Counted from the first letter of the stretch, positions 35,834-48,983 are shown. The stretch is 64,000 bases of DNA from Azolla caroliniana (GCA_043228905.1 JBHGNT010000001.1:24242001-24306000); one strand, 5' to 3'. Notes: a model not told the origin generated them from the letters alone. Made by a program: numbers and translations.

Positions 35834-38800
35834 TGTTACATGCGGAAGCTTTATATGAAACACAGAATACTAATAGAGAAAAACAGGTTTAATGGAGAGC
35901 TTAAGACACAATGTACGTACGAGAGATAGAGAGGGAAAAACACAGAAAAAAAAACTAAATTCAAATAATGTGTAAAAATCTGTACATAGGATGTGCTTAG
36001 AGGGCACTTTTATACAAGTCCATACGGACTGATAGAAGTACTGACACGTACTTCAATGCTCATAACTGAGCTCCTACACTAACTCCCAAATATATTCCCT
36101 CGCGGAATATCTGTTCAGCGACCTCCTAGTTTCGGCACCAATTGGGCTTCTTGTTGCGCACCGGTTTACGCACCGATCTGGCCAATGTTGAGCTTGTATC
36201 TCAACACTCCCCCTCAAGCTCAACTTGAGGCTCTTCCGGTCCTTCACTCTAGTTTCTCTTGACTTCACGCCTCGATTCCACGTGCCTCGACCCTTACGGT
36301 TGGCTTGTCTACTCGTGCGGCCTTTTCTAGCTCCCTTGTTGTCACGGTGTTGGCGCTTCTTTTGCTGCCCTTTCTTCTACTTGGCCTACATTTGATTCGG
36401 TGTCTCTGAATCAAACATCCGAGCCGAATCAACTTAATGGAGAAAAACACAGTATAATAATAGAGAAAAACAGGTTTAATGGAGAGCTTAAGACACAATG
36501 TACGTAGGAGAGATAGAGAGGGTAAAACACAGAAAAAAAAAACTAAATTCGAATAATGTGTAAAACTCTGTACATAGGATGTGCTTAAAGGGCACTTTTA
36601 TACAAGTCCATACGGACTAATAGAAGTACTGACACGTACTTCAATGCTCATAACTGAGCTCCTACACTAACTCCCAAATATATTCCCTCGCGGAATATCT
36701 GTTCAGCGACCTCCTGGTTTCCGCACTGATCGGGCTTCTTGTTGCACACCGGTTTACGCACCAATCTGGCCAATGTTGAGCTTGTATCTCAACACTCCCC
36801 CTCAAGCTCAACTTGAGGCTCTTCCGGTCCTTCACACCAGTTTCTCTTGACTTCACACCTCGATTTCACGTGCCTCGACCCTTCTGCTGCCCTTTCTTCT
36901 ACTTGGCTTGCAGTTGATTCAGTGTCTCCGAATCAAACATCCGAGCCGAATCAGCTGTCTCCAATTTGTCCTCAATTTTGGCCTTCTCGCCCTTGTTGGC
37001 TTCATCTCCCCCATGTTTGGTTGGCTCCAGCTTTTTCTTTCAGCCGCTGCCCTCTCGTCAACTTCTAGGCTCTTCTGTGGATCCGGCTTCGGCTTCTTTA
37101 GCCGCCACTAAATCGAATTCTGTAAAAGATAATGTGCAGAAGCAATAGAAAACCAAACATATAGAAAATACGTAGGTTTAATGGAGAGCTTGAGTATACA
37201 TAGTACGCGGGAGAGACAGAGAGAGAACACGCAAAAACTCAATTCAAAAAATACTAAGTCTCTATGTACATACATCGTGCTCAGTGAGCACCTTTTATAC
37301 AAGCCTTGACAATGGGCTGACACAAGTACTAACAATACTTGACTGCTCATAAATGAGCCTCGACTCTTACTCCCAAAACTATTCCTTATGAGGAATATCT
37401 CTTTAACGGCCTTTCGGTTTACGCACCGATACGGCCTTCCTACGCACCGGTCTGCGTACCAGTTTACGCATCCGTTCTACACACCGGTTCGGCCTAACCG
37501 ATCGATCCCAACCGATCCGGTCCTCGGCTTGCTCACCCGATCCGGCCGATGTTGAGCTTGTCTCTCAACACTCCCCCTCAAGCTCAACTTGAGGCTCTTC
37601 AGGATCTTCCGGATCACCGCTCCGGTTCCCCCTGGCTCCACGCCTCGCTCGCGCTCCTCGACCTATTCGACTCTGCGTGCTTCGACCCTTCTGGTCGGCT
37701 TGTCTGCTCCCACGGCCCTTCACAGCTCCCTTGCTATTGAGGTGTTTGCGCCTCTTCTACTGCCTTCTCTTCCGCTTGGCTCTTGGTTGATTCAACGTAT
37801 CCGAACCAAACATCTGAACTGACTCGGCTTCCTCTGATTGGTTTTCGCTCTCGTCCGAGTTGGCTGTCTCCAACTCGTCTTCGGTCTTCTGGCCCTTGAT
37901 GGCTTCGTCTCGCCCACACTTGGTTGGCTTAGGCTCTTCATTTCGACTGCTCCCCTTATGTCCGCTTTTGGAATCTTCCGCGGGTCTGCCTTCGACTTCT
38001 TTAGCCGATCCGAAATCGAATTCATCATCTGACTCAGCGTCGCGGGCTTCTCTCCACCTTCCGTGGTCATTCGGGACATCTCTCCCCCTCAAGTTCGGCA
38101 CGTCAAGGTGACGCAACCCAAGCGCACCCGAGAATTGCCGCAACTTGTCCAGACCAAGAGGCTTGGTTAAGATGTCGGCGGTCTGTCGATCCGTCGGAAC
38201 ATACTGAAGTTCATCTTTACCGGAGAGAACACGCTCACGGACGAAATGATAGTGCAATGTGCTTAGTCCAGGCGTGGAAAACGGGGTTCTTGGCTAGCTG
38301 GATGCTGCTGATGTTGTCACAGTAGATAGTTGTTGGATCGGACACCTCCACCTGCAGATCCTTAAGTAGCCGCTTCAACCATATGGCTTCGCATGTCGTG
38401 ACAGCCACTCCTCTATACTCGGCTTCGCTGCTCGACAGTGCAACTGTCGGCTGCTTCTTACTGCTCCATGCGATCGCAACACTCTCGAGAGAGAACGCGA
38501 GACTAGACGTGGATCGGCGATTGGCGACATTGCTGGCCCAGTCGGCATCGGTGTAGCCGACCAACTACAGGGCTATACCGATCCGATATAGCAGCCCTCG
38601 GTCCTTAGTGCTGTTTACATACCGTAGTACCCATTGCGCACACTGAAGGTGCTCCTCGGTAGGTCGCGCCATGAACTGACTGATCACCCCGACCGGGTAG
38701 CTGAGATCTGGTCGGGTGATGGTCAAGTATATAAGGCTGCCGACTATCTGTCGGAACCTCGTCGGGTCGCATACCTCTCTGGACTCGGGGTGAAGCTTGA

Positions 38801-39502
38801 CGGTTCTATCCAGAGGAGTTGAGACTAACTTACAGTTTGCCATCCCGAATTTGAAGAGCATATTCAGCGCGTAATGACGTTGGCTGATCAGTATGCCTTC
38901 GGGGGTGTGGATCACTTCGATCCTGAGGAAGTAATGAAGGTCCCCCAGATCCTTCATGTTGAATGATGCCGCAAGCTGGAGCTTCACGCAGTCGATTTCA
39001 CCTAGGTCTGCGCCGGTGATGACCAAGTCATCAACATATAGTAAAATACTGACTGGACCGAGTCAACCTTTCCGGATGAATAGGGAAGAGTTTGATTTTG
39101 ACGTTGCAAAGCCGATCCGACGCAATTGCTGCGTGATCTTCGCGTTCCAGGCATGCGGGGCTTGCTTCAGTCCATAAAGGGACTTCTTCAATCGGCACAC
39201 TGCCGACGTGTTCATTCCGGAGTGAAATCTGGGGGCCTGTACCATGTACACTTGTTCCTCAAGCTCACCTTGCAGGAACGCATTCTTTACATCCATCTGA
39301 TGTAGGTGCCACCCCTTTGCCACAACTACTGCGAGCAAACCACGGATGGTCGTCATCTTCGCGACCGGCACAAACATCTCATCGTAGTCGATGCCGTGTT
39401 TCTGCGCGTAGCCTTTTGCCACTAACTGGGCCTTGTATCAGTTGACCGAGCTGTCGGTGTTGTATTTGACCTTATATACCCACCTACATCTGATCGGCTT
39501 CA

Positions 39503-39942
39503 TGTTGCCGATTAGGAACACGGTCCGCGGTCAGTCCTTCGACCTAGACCTCCAAGTGGGTGTGGAACAACGAACAGGTGTCTAAGCGTAATGCGTAGGG
39601 GAAGGTTCCTTGTAACTTATCAACGTATAAGGGAGACAGCTACAACCAAATCCCTATCAAGGGTTACACTTACGTACTTAAACGCTTAGGTATTCAAGAC
39701 ACACACAGTGAATTAGCCGTAGTTATACACAGGAAATCAGAGAAGATAGAATTCTATTATGAGACGTTTCTTTACATTCCCAAAATTACACGCTCCCTCA
39801 ATCAAAGGTTTTCTGCCCTTTATATACGTAGGGTCTATTTAGCCGTTCACGCTTCCTGTGTGAACCGTTACATGCGTTATGATCTTATATTATTTCTTAT
39901 TCCTACGCTTTTGTTCGTCGGTTACAATTCCGGTGGACAACA
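39503..39942 (-). mobile_element. Solo LTR (440 bp) inserted in the copia RT; same family as 62027-62496
   Basis: TGTT...AACA ends; TATA on the minus strand near 39820; interrupts the WDLVDAPKG|VKP region. Confidence 0.85.
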
Positions 39943-41972
39943 CCTGGCACCCTTCGGTGCGTCAACCAGGTCCCAGGTCTCGTTTTCCGCCAATGCGTGC
40001 ATCTCTTCCTCCATCGCGGCACGCCAATTCGCGTCCTTAGCCGCTTTTGCATAGGTCTCCGGCTCACGCACTTCCGCTACTCGCGTCATGTACGCGTAAT
40101 GGTGCCCCATGTACTCATTATAACCGCACAACAAGGTTCTTCTGGCGGGTAGATCAGCGTAATTGGTCATTAGCCACTGTTGAGGCTTTCTTGGCCGACG
40201 CGGACTTCGGTCTCGAAGACCCGTCGTCACTTCCCTTGGAGTCGGATTCGCGTCGCTCCGACTCGTTCCTATCTGTGCCGTAATCCGACACCTTCTTCTT
40301 CCCTTTTTCTTTGTGTGTAAGCCGTCTCCTCGGCTTCCTGCGCGGGGAATGCACAGCCGAGTCTCCGCTACTCACCGGCTCTTCATCAGACTGGTCGAAC
40401 CGACTCAGTCGTCCATTCGGTCCACTTAACCGAAATAAAATCGGACTCTCTTCGCGTGTCCCGATTTCAGGCTCATCCGGAGGCATCTCAATCTCGCTGA
40501 CCTCATCTTCAGAGCTCGGATTGGAGTTGAGATCCGGAGTCGGAGGCAAGTACCAGGATGGGGACTCATCAAACAGAACATCGCGGCTCACGCGCGCTTG
40601 TTTGGTGCGCGGGTTATAACACTTATAACCCTTTTGCTCGTCCGAATAGCTGACCAAGATACATTTCTCGGCCTTTTCGTCCAGCTTCCTCCGTTTCTCC
40701 TTCGTTCAATGCACATACGCAATGCTACGGAAAACACGTAAGTGTCGCAAGTTCGGCTTCGTATCAAAGTATAGCTCGTGCGCCGACACTTTGTCTCCGG
40801 TCCGATTTTGGATGTATACCGCGGTTCGTACCGCCTCAGCCCAATAGAACTTGGGCAAGCTCTTTTCTTCCAGCATTGCCTGTGCCGCTTCCACAACTAA
40901 CCGATTTTTCCTCTAGGCCACACCGTTTTGCTCCGGCGTGTATCTACAACTGAATTCGCGCCGAATTCCCATATGTTGTAGATAACCCTTGAATTGACCG
41001 GAGAAGTATTCTTTTCCGCCATCTGACCGTAGGCACTTGATCTTTCTTCCTGTTTCCGTTTCCACAAACCCTTTGAGGTCCCGGAAGCAGTCGAAGACTT
41101 CGCTTTTCCTCTCAATGAGGTAGATCCACGTGTGCCGCGTGTAGTCGTCGATGAAGGAGACGAAATATTGGCTCCCGCCAAGACTAACGTTTTGTGCCGG
41201 CCCCCACACATCGGAGTGTATCAAGTTGAGCTTGTTCCTACTTCGGTTACGCTCGTTGGGGAAGGGAAGTCGGTGTTGCCTCCCAAGCTAGCAAGCTTCA
41301 CAAATTTGTGCCTTCCGACCACTAAATTTGGGCAATCCAAACACCACCTGTTTCGATTGCAGGTCCTGAAGCCGCTGGTAGTTGACGTGGCCTATCCGCT
41401 TTTGCCATACGTCGATGTCTAACTTGACTTTTTGTCCCTTTGCGAACATTGCGGTGCCACCGTTAGTAGAGTCCAGGATGAACATCCTCTCGTCTCTACG
41501 CCCTTGCGCAATAACTCGACCTTCTTCCTCGATGAAGCACCCGAGATGCGTGAACCGGACTTGCATCCCTTGGTCGACGATCTGCCCGACCGACACCAGA
41601 TTCTTCGTGATTGTTGGGATGTGTGGCACGTTCATAAGTTTCCCTTTCTGCTCGACATGGCTCAAGGGAAATTCAGCAACATTTGTTATCGGATGCAGAG
41701 TGTTGTCTACGGTTGCGACTACTCCAGGTTGTGTCGGTTTCTCAAGGTATGAGAACCACTCCTCATGGCACGTCATGTGGTTTGACGCGCTGGAGTCGAT
41801 GTACCACACCTCCTCCGACTTCGGGGTGATCTTCTTCATTGAGTTTGCTTCGTGTCTTGTCACGAAGATTGACCCTTTTCTGACTTCTTCGGATCCTTCG
41901 GCGTAGTGCGATCGTTGCCAATTTCCTTTGTCGGTCTGTCCAAAACCTAATCCGGACCTAGTTCTCTCCGAA

Positions 41973-44894
41973 ACACCTTTGCATTCACAAGTGGAAGGAT
42001 TGCGCATTCCATTTATAGATTCCTTTTATAATCTTGCGATTTTAGACAATTTCCAAAAACTTGATACACTAGTATCACATGTTTTAAATAACATGTAAAT
42101 TTTGCTAATTTTTTTAGATTTAACAAATTTTAAAATGATAATTTCTAAAATTGAATAGTTTAGGGATAATGTTTAAATGTTGATGGTTTGTTGATATGAA
42201 ATGTAGTTAACTTAAAGAAAATCACAATTATGGTCAACTCAAGGCACAAGTTAAGATTAATGGTTTCACCGTCTTGAGAAGATTAAGGTTACATCTATTG
42301 TTAGACTTGAAAATGTTTTAAGTATAAAAGGTAATATTGCAATCCTTAATGTCATCATCTATAAATTAGTGCTCATTAACATCCATAAATTCACAACTCA
42401 AGAAATGTAGACAATATTTATAAACAATTTTGATAAATCCACAACTCCTAAAATGTAGACGATATTCATAAATTGTCAAACTTTAGATGTGAACATTAAT
42501 ATATCAATTTGAACATAACACATAGTTATCAAGGTATCTACAATGTTATAATCTCCTTCCTTATAAGAATTCCCCTTCAAAATTTGTGAAGTAAATGGCA
42601 TTTGCAAAGTTCAATTACCATCAACACAATTATTAATGGTTTTCTTCTAATAAATGAAGCACATATTTACCATAAGGTATCTTGTTGTGTAGTATACATC
42701 TTTAAAAAACCTCTTTTATTTGAAAAACAACAAGAGTTTTAAACATGAACACGATATGTTGTATTGAATTGACGTAAAAAATAGAGTTTTCATCATAACT
42801 CTATACAATATATTGAATTCATGTTCAAAGTTTTTTTATCGGATTTAAAAAATAATAATAATAAAAAATTAAACTTGAGTTCGTAGAAAAACCAGATTTC
42901 TCATCACAATTCAATACAATGTATCGAGTTCATGTTTAAAGTAATTTTTTCTAATTTTTAAAAAAAGATTTTCAATTTGTTTCAAATTTTTTTATTTTTT
43001 TTATTTTTTATGGAAAAAATAATAATTTTAAACATGAACTCGATACATTGTATCGACTTGTGATAAAAACTCTGGTTTTTTCATCACTTATTAAAGCTCC
43101 AAAACAAAATTCTAAGACAGAGACGAAATTAGTACTAAGAGAGGAATATTAGTACTAAGAAGAATTTAAGGTGTAAAACACTTGAGAAAAGAAGAGAGAG
43201 TGAGAGTGAGAGAGAGAGAGGGATTGAGAGGGAATGATGATGACATGAGTTAATCTACGGTGTATCGAGTTCATGCGTATCGAGTTCATGTTGAAAAGCT
43301 AACTTTTGTACATGAACTCGATACGCCTTTTCAACATGAACTCGATACGCCGTATCGAGTTCATGTTGAAAAGCTAACTTTTTTACATGAACTCGATACG
43401 GCGTATCAAGTTCATGTTTAAAGTTTTATTTCGGATTTTTAAAAAAAAATAATTACATTTTTTCCTATTTTATTGAGCTTTAATAAGTGATGAAAAAACC
43501 AGAGCTTTTATCACAAGTCGATACAATGTATCAAATTGATGTTTAAAAAATAAAACAAAATCAATAAAAAATTATAAAAAATTGAAAAAAATTGAAACAA
43601 AATTGAAAACAATTAGAAAAAATTACTTTAAGCATGAACTCAATACATTATATCGAATTGTGATGAAAATTATGGTTTTCTAGATGAACTCAAGCACAAT
43701 TTATTATTATTATTATTATTTAAATCCAGTAAAAAAAACTTTGAGCAAGAATTCAATACATTGTATGGAATTATGATGAAAACTCTATTTTTTACATCAA
43801 CTCGATATAACATATCGACTTAATGTTTAAAATCTTGTTGTTTTTCAAATAAAAGAGGTTTTTTAAACATGAACTTGAATCGTACTAAAATGCTTGATTT
43901 AACAAGAGAAAAAGATGCATATCGATAGTGCAAACAAGTATGTTGTACAACAAGATACTTTATGGTGAACATGTGCATCATTGATTAACAAAAAACTATT
44001 AATAATTGTGTTGATGGTAATTGAACCTTGCAAATGCCATTTACATGGTCCATAAAGTGTTCGCGTGGTTCTTAATCACTACTTAATGTTAATCTTTATA
44101 GTTGGAACGAAGGATGACAACACAAGTATAACTCAGATGACAAGGAAACTTGCAAGAACTCAAGATGGGGATATTAATAGCTACACGTGTAGATGGCCAT
44201 GAGCTAGGGTACCAATTCTGCATTGGTAAAGTTTTGGACGTGATGATGTATTAAATGTTTGTAATACATCTATCATTGACATTTATGAGGTGGATATCAT
44301 TATGTATGACTTTACACAAACAAAAGTTGGATGTATAAGGACAACAACGATATGCATAATAAAAGAGATATTAACCAGTCTAGAAGATATCTCAGATTGA
44401 AGGCGAAGAAGATTTATTGCACAAAATTTGGAGATACCATTTGGTGAAGACAATGATTTGATTGGTACATTGGAAGATGAGGAGGAAGAGTCACAATTGT
44501 ATATTATCTATAGTAGTGATTCTCATGAAAAGAATGATGATAGTCATGCAAATAACTCCCAAATGTATTTGTTGTGCAACTATATGTAACAAATTTAGAC
44601 AACATTTTATCGAATGGAATAAAAACGTTCATTGTTTTGAATATTCTACTTTGATTTCTTTAAGATCTAAAAACTTATTAGTTGTCATTTTCTTTAAAAA
44701 TCCACAAAGTTACTTTTCATATTTTACCCAAATTTGGCATTTTTCAATTTTACCAAATGGTGAAATTTTCAACTTTTTCATCAAGTTTTGGAGAACATGT
44801 GATACTAGTATCAAGATGTTTTGTGAAATGGCAAAAGAAACCCCAAAATCAAACGGAATATTCCTTATCCTTCCACTTGTGAACGCAAACGTGT
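41973..44894. mobile_element. Non-autonomous TIR DNA transposon (~2.9 kb) inserted in copia gag
   Basis: 28-bp TIR (26/28) acacctttgcattcacaagtggaaggat; subterminal ctagtatcacatgtt at both ends; flanked by tccgaa on both sides; removing it restores the host gag sequence KKRADSERT. Confidence 0.9.
42591..44044. repeat. Long inverted repeat (foldback) with arms ~42591-43100 and ~43472-44044
   Basis: gtaaatggcatttgcaa... is mirrored by ...ttgcaaatgccatttac; catgaactcgatac / gtatcgagttcatg motifs repeat throughout. Confidence 0.9.
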
Positions 44895-45494
44895 TCCGAA
44901 TCGGCGCGCTTTTTCCAGCACTCGCTCTCCCTGTGGCCTTTCTTGCCACAGTACCAGTTCTCGTCGCCTCGACTCCCCCTGTTTCCGGAGGGTCCGGAAT
45001 TGCTGTCGGCATCACTTCGGTGCCTTCTTCCTTGATCCCGTCAGCCGCCTCCATTGCGTACCGACTCGCCTCGTCCGCCATGACCATGGGGCCTATCTCC
45101 CTCCGTGTACACCATCTTGTTGTCGGCATGCCTGCTTGTCGACGCACCTGCGTGGTTCTCCTCTATAAGGAGCATCGATTGTAAGTCGAAAAACGATGAC
45201 GTATTCTCCCGTGTACACACAGCAGTTCGGAACGCTCCGAACTTTGACACCAAACCTCCGAGACAGACCTAGACCATCTCGCTTTCGTCGATGTTCACAT
45301 CGATGGAAGCTAAGGAGTCACAAATGTCCTTGATCTTCGAGGTATAGTTAGCCACGGACAAGTCGTGTTGTCGTAGGTTGCTCAACTCTTGTTGGAGCTG
45401 AAGCTTCCTGTGTTGGAAGCGAGGTCGTCAATGCGGAAGATCTTGAAGCATTCAGTTCTGTTCTTCTCCTGCGTATGACAGAATGTAGGTCGTT

Positions 45495-45525
<31 letters not shown>

Positions 45526-45891
45526 CACACAAAAGAGTCTTTATTTCATAAAGCAATAGTACAACAGCCAACCTCACAAAGAGGTTACAAGGTCACTATA
45601 TATAGTGACCAACTTAGGGCAACTACCCTTTATGCTAATTACATAAATGGCCAACACGGGATAGTGTGAATACGTCCATTATACACATGTATTCGACACT
45701 CCCCCGTAATGGGCGTATACATGGGTTATCTAAGATTACAGGTATAGACTTAGGTTCTCGGACATATCAGCTTTGTTCGAGTCGGCAGGGTCCGAAGGCA
45801 GAAGACCGAGCTGGTCGGGTCGGAACAGTTGAAGCCGATCATTAAGGAACTGACGTCGGTTGTCGGGAACCATCCTGCTCTGTGTCCGGCT

Positions 45892-47240
45892 CTAACCGGA
45901 CTGGTTTGTCGTTACGCCCATCTGATGCCGAAGAGACCGAAAGCGGTCTGCCGAAAGACACTTGGTCATTCCATCTGCGACATTGTCGGTTGTGGATATT
46001 TTCTCTAGACCGATTTTCCCTGAAATGACGCAGTCCCGAACGAAGTGATATCGAACGTCGATATGCTTGGAGGCGTTGTGGTGAACCGGATTTTTCGACA
46101 AGGCAACAGCACCTTGACTGTCGCTGTAGACAACTGGAGCCGAGTCATGGTCGACTTGTCGAAACGTGTGCGCCAGCCGACCAAGCCATAAGGCTTCTTT
46201 TGCTGCGTCGGACGCAACTACATATTCTGCTTCGGTCGTTGAGGTCGCTGTGCATTCCTGAAGTTTCGACTTCCACGAGATTGCTCCATTGCCGAATTTG
46301 AAGCAGTATCCGGTTGTTGATTTCCGACTGTCTATACAGCCGGCGAAGTCCGAGTCGGTGTAACCGACTACGCCTGAGGTTCGGTTCGGACCGAAAAGAA
46401 TGCCGTGGTCTTTTGTGCCAGCCAGATATCTGAACACATGCTTGACTGCGTTCCAATGCGATCGGCCAGGATTGTGCATAAATCTGCTAACGACTCCTAC
46501 GGCATGAGAGATATCAGGCCGTGTCGCGACCATCAGGTACATAAGGGAGCCGACTGCCGGTGCATACGGTACCGACTTCATATCTTCCCCCTCCGGACCG
46601 GATGTCGGGCAGTCTCGCTGAGAGAGCCGAAGATTCATGGGGAGCGGGGTTGAAGCAGATTTGGCTGATTGCATGTTGAAGCGTTCCAAGACACGTCCGA
46701 TGTAGTCGGTCTGAGACAAAAAAAGATGTCGTTTATCGCGATGCCGACTAATCTTCATGCCGAGTATGTGTCGTGCCGGGCCGAGGTCCTTCATGGCAAA
46801 CTTCAACCGCAGTTGCCGAACGAGGTCGGCAAGTTCGCCCGCGTGGCGTCCAGAAATTAGCATGTCGTCCACGTAAATGATGAGGAAGATGGGTGATCCA
46901 TCTTGAGCTGTGTTGGTGAAGAGACAATGGTCCTCATCGCTTTTGGAGAAGCCGATCGATTGGATGAAGTCGTCGAACTTCTTGTACCATTGTCGCGGTG
47001 CCTGTTTGAGGCCGTATAGACTCTTCCTGAGTCGGCAGACTAGATGTTCTTGGCCGGTTGCCACGAAGCCTTTCGGCTGCTCCATATAAATTTCCTCGTC
47101 AAGATCACCATGGAGGAATGCTGTTTTGACATCTAGCTGAATCAGCTCCAAGTTGTCGGCTGCCACTACGCCGAGTAGGAAACGAAGGGTTGTCATTTTC
47201 ACCACTGGTGAAAAAATCTCGTCGAAGTCGACGCCGTAAA
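45892..47240 (-). CDS. Copia RT (N-terminally deleted) and RNase H
   Basis: QLDVKTAFLHG, SLYGLKQAPR, YVDD, YTDSDFAG, KHIDVRYHF motifs; frame uninterrupted. Confidence 0.9.
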
Positions 47241-48983
47241 TTCTCGTCGGATGCCGCGTTGTCGGCAGAATTTGACGAATTCTTCAGATTTAAACTCTCC
47301 CCCATTGTCTGTCCGAAGGCATTTCAGCTTTCGGTCGGTTTGATTTTCTACCATAGCGAGCCAATCGGTGAAGATCGAGAAGACCCGATCTTTGGTGCGA
47401 ATTGGATAAGCCCACACCTTTCGAGTCGAATCGTCAATAAAAGTGACGAAGTAAGAGGCACCACCGAGAGACTGATGCGGCATTGGGCCACAGACGTCCG
47501 AGTGGACCAAATCGAGAGGTCTCGATTCTCTTGGTGCTGATGTCGGGTGTGATGTGGCTGCTTGTTTGCCATACTGGCAATGCTCGCAGAATTGATGGTC
47601 GGAGAAGGAGAGTTTGGGGATGTATCCGGCTCTAGATAGGTGCGTGATGCCGGCCTTGCTGAGGTGTCCTAATCTTCGGTGCCATAGTGATGACACAGGA
47701 ATATCCACCAAAAACAGGTTACCCTCTCTGGGCGTAACATGTAACGGATACAGGGAGTGTATCTTGGGTCCTCTAGCAAGCAGGAGGTTCCCCCTGTGGA
47801 GAGTCCACCCTCCCGAAGAAAAGCCGGCACGAATGCCGTCTTCATCTAGTTGTCCGACTGAGATCAATGGCCTTGAGAGCTCGGGTACATGTCGGACATT
47901 GTGGAGTACAAGTGTAGAGCCACCTGCAAGGTTGAGCTCTACTGTGCCGATTCCGATGATGTCACAGTGTTGTGAGTTGCCGACTCGAACTGAGTCGGAG
48001 TGACGGATCGTATATTGCCGAAATTGGGATCGATGAGGAGTCACGTGAAATGACGCGCCCGAATCCAAGAGCCACGTGCTCGATTCTTCAGTCGTGAGCA
48101 GAACTTCTGATCCGACTGGATTTTCGATTGATAGTATATTCGGGTCGTCCGGTAGTACATCAGCCGAGAAGCTGACGTAATTGATCTCCTCATGCCGGCC
48201 ACTCTTCTTGTTGTTCTTGTTCTTGAGTGCGCGGCAGTCGGCTTTGATGTGTCCGGGTTTCTTGCAATAGTTGCAGATTCGGTTATCCCGTGACTGGCTC
48301 CGTCTTCGCTGATTGTTCGGCGGCCGTGAGGAATCTCGTCCTCGTATGTTCGATCGGTCTGTCGAACCTTGTACTACATAAGCGTCGTCTGTTGAGTCTT
48401 TGGCAAAAGACTTTCTCCGAGCTGCTTCAGTCAGGATTGCGCTCGTGACTTCGGAGTATTTAACAGCCGTGGTTGACGCGTTGCACACGGTTGTGACGAA
48501 AGTTTCCCATGATGAGGGAAGGCTGCTCATGAGTATCATTGCTCTGAGTTCATCCTCGATTGCCGTCCCCTGTGACGAGATTTGGGAGCTTATGCTTTCG
48601 TACTCATTGAGGTGTGCTTGAACCGAATCGGATTCTTTCATCCGCAAGTTGTAGAGGCGCCGGATCAGAAACATCTTCGTTGCGGCGACCTTCTTTTCGT
48701 AAGTGTCCGACAGTGTTTTCCACAGTTCGAATGCTGTCGTACACGATTGCACCGTAAAATATACCGATTCCGATAGGTGCATCCGAATCGTGGCGCGGAC
48801 GATTCTGTCCAGCTTCTGCCACTCAATTGGTTTGTATCCTTCTGGAGGTTCTTCATTTTCGATGGGATCGATTTGCCCCTTGACTATGAGATAGTCCTGC
48901 ATTTGCTCCTTCCAGAAGTTGAAGTTCGATCCATCGAACTTGCGTAGACTCATTTCTGACGAGCCGGATGTTGATGCCATCAA
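47199..48983 (-). CDS. Copia gag-protease-integrase (C-terminally deleted)
   Basis: CNYCKKPGHIKADC, WLLDSGASFH, WHRRLGH, HSDVCGP, TDNGGEF motifs; the frame leaves integrase after GIRREFTA. Confidence 0.9.
   Translation of the reverse strand: MMASTSGSSEMSLRKFDGSNFNFWKEQMQDYLIVKGQIDPIENEEPPEGYKPIEWQKLDRIVRATIRMHLSESVYFTVQSCTTAFELWKTLSDTYEKKVAATKMFLIRRLYNLRMKESDSVQAHLNEYESISSQISSQGTAIEDELRAMILMSSLPSSWETFVTTVCNASTTAVKYSEVTSAILTEAARRKSFAKDSTDDAYVVQGSTDRSNIRGRDSSRPPNNQRRRSQSRDNRICNYCKKPGHIKADCRALKNKNNKKSGRHEEINYVSFSADVLPDDPNILSIENPVGSEVLLTTEESSTWLLDSGASFHVTPHRSQFRQYTIRHSDSVRVGNSQHCDIIGIGTVELNLAGGSTLVLHNVRHVPELSRPLISVGQLDEDGIRAGFSSGGWTLHRGNLLLARGPKIHSLYPLHVTPREGNLFLVDIPVSSLWHRRLGHLSKAGITHLSRAGYIPKLSFSDHQFCEHCQYGKQAATSHPTSAPRESRPLDLVHSDVCGPMPHQSLGGASYFVTFIDDSTRKVWAYPIRTKDRVFSIFTDWLAMVENQTDRKLKCLRTDNGGEFKSEEFVKFCRQRGIRREFTASTSTRFFHQW

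Noticed and set aside
42067-44810. CACTA element starting at CACTAGT
   Set aside because: The inverted repeat and host junctions lie ~90 bp further out; the CACTA string is subterminal and is not mirrored at the right end.
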